A stretch of DNA of 62,926 nt, counting the filler, from Octopus bimaculoides (taxonomy: Eukaryota): assembly GCF_001194135.2 (NCBI RefSeq). It is 6 parts of 6 records of this genome, joined end to end, with 100 filler letters (N's around TTAATTAATTAA, not from the genome) between each part and the next. Parts side by side here need not be neighbours in the genome. Positions count along the whole stretch, not along the records: positions 58,266 to 61,693 come from NC_069001.1; positions 61,794 to 62,926 come from NW_026383234.1; 4 more parts are not named here. One strand, 5' to 3'. The first letter of the stretch is position 1. Each line of letters starts with the position of its first letter. This document shows, piece after piece, positions 58,166 through 62,926 of the stretch. Position numbers and translations under genes: made by a program. Below the pieces are notes generated by a model. It was given only the letters and a program-made list of their open reading frames with translations, was not told where the DNA came from and made no database searches.

Positions 58166-59035
58166 NNNNNNNNNNNNNNNNNNNNNNNNNNNNNNNNNNN
58201 NNNNNNNNNTTAATTAATTAANNNNNNNNNNNNNNNNNNNNNNNNNNNNNNNNNNNNNNNNNNNNGACCAAAGCCTTGGGAGTGGATTTGGTAGACGGAA
58301 ACTGAAAAGAAGCCTTTCATATATAAATAACTTTTTTTTAGTTTACGGTGCTTCAATACGTAAAGAAATCCACAACCTTCCGTCTCAATAAACCACTATT
58401 GTCCCTCAAAGCTGTTTTTTTTATATTTACTACGGATTGCTTGAAGCTAACTTGCTTCCTACACCTCGATCCCTGGATCTTACGCGCGCGCGCGCGCGTA
58501 TGTATCTATCTGTGTGTGTCTGTGTCTGTGTTTGTCTCCCAATCATTACTTGATAACCGGTGTTGGTGTGCTTACATCCCTGTAACTGACCGGTTCGGCA
58601 ACAGTAACACATAGAATAACTATCAGGCTTAAAAAAAATACAAAATAAAACTTACGTACTGGAATCGATTTGTTCGAATAAAAACCCTTTAAGGCGATGC
58701 CCCAGCGTTGCCGCAGGAAATGACTGAAACAAGAAAAAGATAAATTGCTAAAAGACTTGAGGAATGAGGTCGTTGCCATGGCACTTTGGAAATAATATCT
58801 ACGAGAAGATGAGAGGAGGAGGAGGAGGCTAATATGTAAAATATAACTGAAAATGATGAGCCGAGGGTGGGAGGTGATAATGGAAGAATTTTGAAATATC
58901 AAAACCTCATAATTTAGTTAACCCTAACCAGCCTGACATAACCAGCCCTACACATATTACTAAACGCATTAGTTTTAACTATTTCTCCAACCTAATATAA
59001 ACATCAGTTTCTCTTTCTGTTTGTTTGTTTGTCTC

Positions 59036-59070
<35 letters not shown>

Positions 59071-59280
59071 TCTCCCGTTCCCTTGTCATTCAATAATTCA
59101 TATTCAGCTCTGCCTTCGCTTATTGCTCTCCTCTAAAGCATATTAAGTTCTTGTATGTATGTATGTATGTATGTATGTATGTATGTATGTATGTATGTGT
59201 GTATGTATGAATGCATGTATGTATGAATGTATGTATGTATGAATGTATATGTATTCATACACACATAATAATACATATAT

Positions 59281-59326
<46 letters not shown>

Positions 59327-59637
59327 ATATAATATGAGAGAGAGAGGGGTGGGGGGAGTGAGTGTATATAATGAAATAGAAATATGGTTTGGATAGACAT
59401 GATGTCTCTAACGGCAGGTCATATATCCATTAATGTTATCTCTATTTTCTACACAATTAATCCAAGTCTATTTACCACATTCACTTATCAAATACTTCAA
59501 ACGTTTTGTTGTTGTTTAACCCCAGGTCAGCCCTTCCAATGCAACAGACCTATGATCAAAAACCATTCTAGTTACGGCCTGCCATCTTTTTCCCCGAGCA
59601 CAGCTCACACAGGACCACACTATTATTTGATATGTTT

Positions 59638-60311
59638 AAGGCGGCGAGCTGGTAGAATCGTTAGCACGCCGGGCGAAATGCTTGGCGGTATTCCGTCGGC
59701 CGTTACGTTCTGAGTTCAAATTCTGCTGAGTTCGACTGTGCCTTTCATCCTTTCGAGATCGATAAATTGAGTACCAGTTACGCACTGGGGTCGATGTTAT
59801 CGACTTGATGCCTTTGTCTGTCCTTGCTTGTTCCCTCTATGTTTAGCCCCTTGTGGGCAATAAAGAAACAAGAAACGTTAGCAAGCCGGGCGGAATGCTT
59901 AGCGATATTTCGTCAGTGTCTTTACGTCCTGAGTTCAAATTCCGCTGAGATCGACTTTGTCTTTCATCCTTTCGGGGTCGATTAAATAAGTACCAGTTAC
60001 GCACTGGGGTTGATGTAATTGATTTAATCCCTTTGTCTGTCCTTGTTTGTCCCCTTCTATGTTCAGCCCCACTGTGAGGCAATAAAGAAATAATTATGTA
60101 ATGTGTTCAAGGCGGCGAGCTGGCAGAATCGTTAGCACGCCGGTATTTCTTCTGCCGCTACGTTCTGAGTTCAAATTCCGCCGAGGTCGATTTTGCCTTT
60201 CATCCTTTCGGGGTCGATAAATTGAGTACCAGTGGAGTTCTGGGGTCGATGTAATCGTCTGTCCCCCTACCCCCAATTTCAGGCCTTTTACCTATAGTAG
60301 AAAGGATTATT
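59638..60311 (+). mobile_element. Three head-to-tail copies of SINE family 1
   Basis: Copies start ~59638, ~59870 (5'-truncated) and 60109. The third has a 10-bp TSD TAATGTGTTC (60099-60108, 60312-60321). Confidence 0.9.
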
Positions 60312-61308
60312 TAATGTGTTCTTTTTTTATGCAGCAGGTGTAATTTCTAGGGAAATTTAACCGTTACTTTTACCACATGAACAGCCATTTAGAGAAGCGG
60401 TTCTCAACCATTATGGACCTTTTTTGATTATTATTTTAATCTACTGGACCCCCATAGCTATTCAATGATTAAATAAGACCCTGTTATATATTTTCTTTAT
60501 TAAATATTATTAGGAATTGTATAAAGGTTGACGCTGCCTGCTCTACACGATTGCTACACCTATAAGAAATAGCAATCAAATATTCCTCAAATCATGCCTT
60601 GTACTAAAAAATGGAAAACCACATTGGATAAGGCATTTCAAAGTAGACAATGATAAAAAAATATGTGTTGGTCACAGCTCGATTGTCTTCGACCATCTGT
60701 CTCTTTGTAAGTGTTGACTAAAAGGTTAAACAGCAACAATGAAAATGATCGTAATTGCTGTTACGGTTAATGTTGTAGTAGGTGTGGTGATGGTAGCGAC
60801 AAGGGTAGTGTTAGAAGTTGTGGTGTTGTTGGTGGTGTTAGTGGTTGTGGTAGTGATGGTGGTAGTGGTGATATTAGAAGTTGTGATGGTGACGGTGGTA
60901 GTGGTGGTATTGGTGCTGTAGGTACTGGTAGTGCTAGTGACATCGATGGTAGTACAGGTGTCGTGTTAGTGTTGTTGGTGGTGGTGGGGCTAATGGTATC
61001 GTTCCTTTTGCTATTGTCGGTGATGATGTTGGGTTTTTATTGGTGGGACTGTTGTTAGTGTTGGTGCTAGCGCGGGTGGTGTTACCATCGTAGCATTGTT
61101 ATTATTGTTGTTGTTAGGGCTAGTGTTGATGGTAGTGGCATTGATAGTGTCGATATAGGTGGCGCTGTTCGTACCGATGGCTTATAACAGATTTCAACTT
61201 ATAAATTTGCTCATAGTAACAAGAAAGGGCACAGCAACATGAGCAACAACAACAATAACAACACCAACATTTGACCTTAGGTTAAGCCACAACAACAGTA
61301 ACAACGAT

Positions 61309-61345
<37 letters not shown>

Positions 61346-62235
61346 TAATTTGCATGCTTTACTCCCACCGCAACCCTCATCACAACAACCAGTGCTGCCA
61401 CCAGTCCTTATCTCCCCTTTCATTGTTCACAATCAAGCCCATCACCTCCTTCCCCGCCGCTACCACCTTCACAATTTCCATTACCCCAATTAGCTCCGCC
61501 GCCGCCGCCACCACCATCACCACAACCACTACCACCACCACTACTACTACAAGAACCCCAAACAATTCCCATTTACCATTATTTCTACCGTTACCCAGCA
61601 TTTATTTATTTATTTATTTATTTACATCTACCCCTACTCTTAGTACCACTACCCACGCCACCCATTCATCCACCCGCCGCCGCCACCGCCACCNNNNNNN
61701 NNNNNNNNNNNNNNNNNNNNNNNNNNNNNNNNNNNNNTTAATTAATTAANNNNNNNNNNNNNNNNNNNNNNNNNNNNNNNNNNNNNNNNNNNNCATCGTT
61801 TTATCGATTTTGATGAAACTTGACACGTGAGTAGAACTTATGTTTGGAAACCTCATGGCATACTCAGATCGTTGAATGAAATTGATAATAGGGCTCGTAG
61901 CAGTGATCCTTATATATATCTAATATATTTCATTTTAACAGCCAATGGAAATAACCCATTCATTTTCCTAAATCATTTGGTATAATTCAAATTGAGTATG
62001 CTTATTTCTTTGTATTTGAACTGTGAGAGTCATTTGCACAATTTATCCAGTGCAACCCTTAAACAAGTAAATAATATTTTCCTAAATGATAGATCCACTT
62101 ATTTCGGTTAGTGACTTATTCACGAATATACGAACACTAACGCCTTTAATTAGATTATTATAAACGACTTGAGGTATTCGTTCTGCCTTCACTTTTGTTA
62201 TCCTTTTTCTCTATTGCGTGTGTGTGTGTGTGTGT

Positions 62236-62314
<79 letters not shown>

Positions 62315-62519
62315 GGAAGAAGAAGAAAATGGAGATTGAGAAGTTAATAATAGTTTATCATTAACAACAAATCGAACATCATCCCTTACAGCCGTTTCAA
62401 TTATAGACATTGAATTATTAAATAATAAGTCCATATATCTGAGCATAATATCTTCAGAAAGAATAAAAACATACCAGTAGATATTTATATGTTTCTTTAT
62501 CGATTCGTTATAGCAGACA

Positions 62520-62579
<60 letters not shown>

Positions 62580-62589
62580 NNNNNNNNNN

Positions 62590-62633
<44 letters not shown>

Positions 62634-62926
62634 ATATTATTAATAAATTAATAAACTTATCAATAATATATTCAGGAAATCAATATTTAATATTTTGAAT
62701 TTTGAAAGATATACATCCAACATAACATGGTAGCATAATAAATTTAAAAGTTTAAAACATAAATATACGGAATATAAATATTAATACATATAAAAATATA
62801 AAAATAGATAAATATATGTTTAAATATATATGCGTATAAAAATTTATGTGTAAATAACCGTGAATATTATAAATTTTAAAATATAAAATATAAAGAAACC
62901 TAAAGTTTAAAAAATAAAATATCTTA

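Overview
Eukaryotic, AT-rich draft genomic DNA, dense in microsatellites and SINEs. The SINE families and repeat landscape point to a coleoid cephalopod, most likely Octopus (inference). The window is not contiguous. Five identical 100-bp spacers (44 N + TTAATTAATTAA + 44 N) join six scaffolds: 1-19184, 19285-33406, 33507-49759, 49860-58165, 58266-61693 and 61794-62926. There are also many internal N gaps. Two convergent spliced genes can be built exon by exon in the third scaffold. The first is a calexcitin/sarcoplasmic calcium-binding protein-like EF-hand gene (+, 5 exons, 35891-41201; first coding exon not found). The second is OMA1, a mitochondrial M48 zinc metalloprotease (-, 7 visible exons, 43996-48988; at least one exon probably in the 47326-47914 gap). 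The rest is transposon debris: a Tx1/L1-like LINE, an RTE-like LINE, Tc1, mariner and hAT relics, MITEs, Penelope-like fragments, at least three SINE families, minisatellites and microsatellites. Most ORF-track entries are microsatellite or N artefacts. I found no demonstrably new multi-gene system. The best leads are: a Penelope-type minimal hammerhead ribozyme motif with a variant core; a splice-junction Arg codon in EF-hand 3 that one A-to-I edit would convert to Gly while strengthening the donor; a 23-His tract in the OMA1 presequence; a basic NLS-like insert in the calexcitin-like protein; and an orphan island with paired CRE sites and a ~45-bp periodic array with a conserved core.
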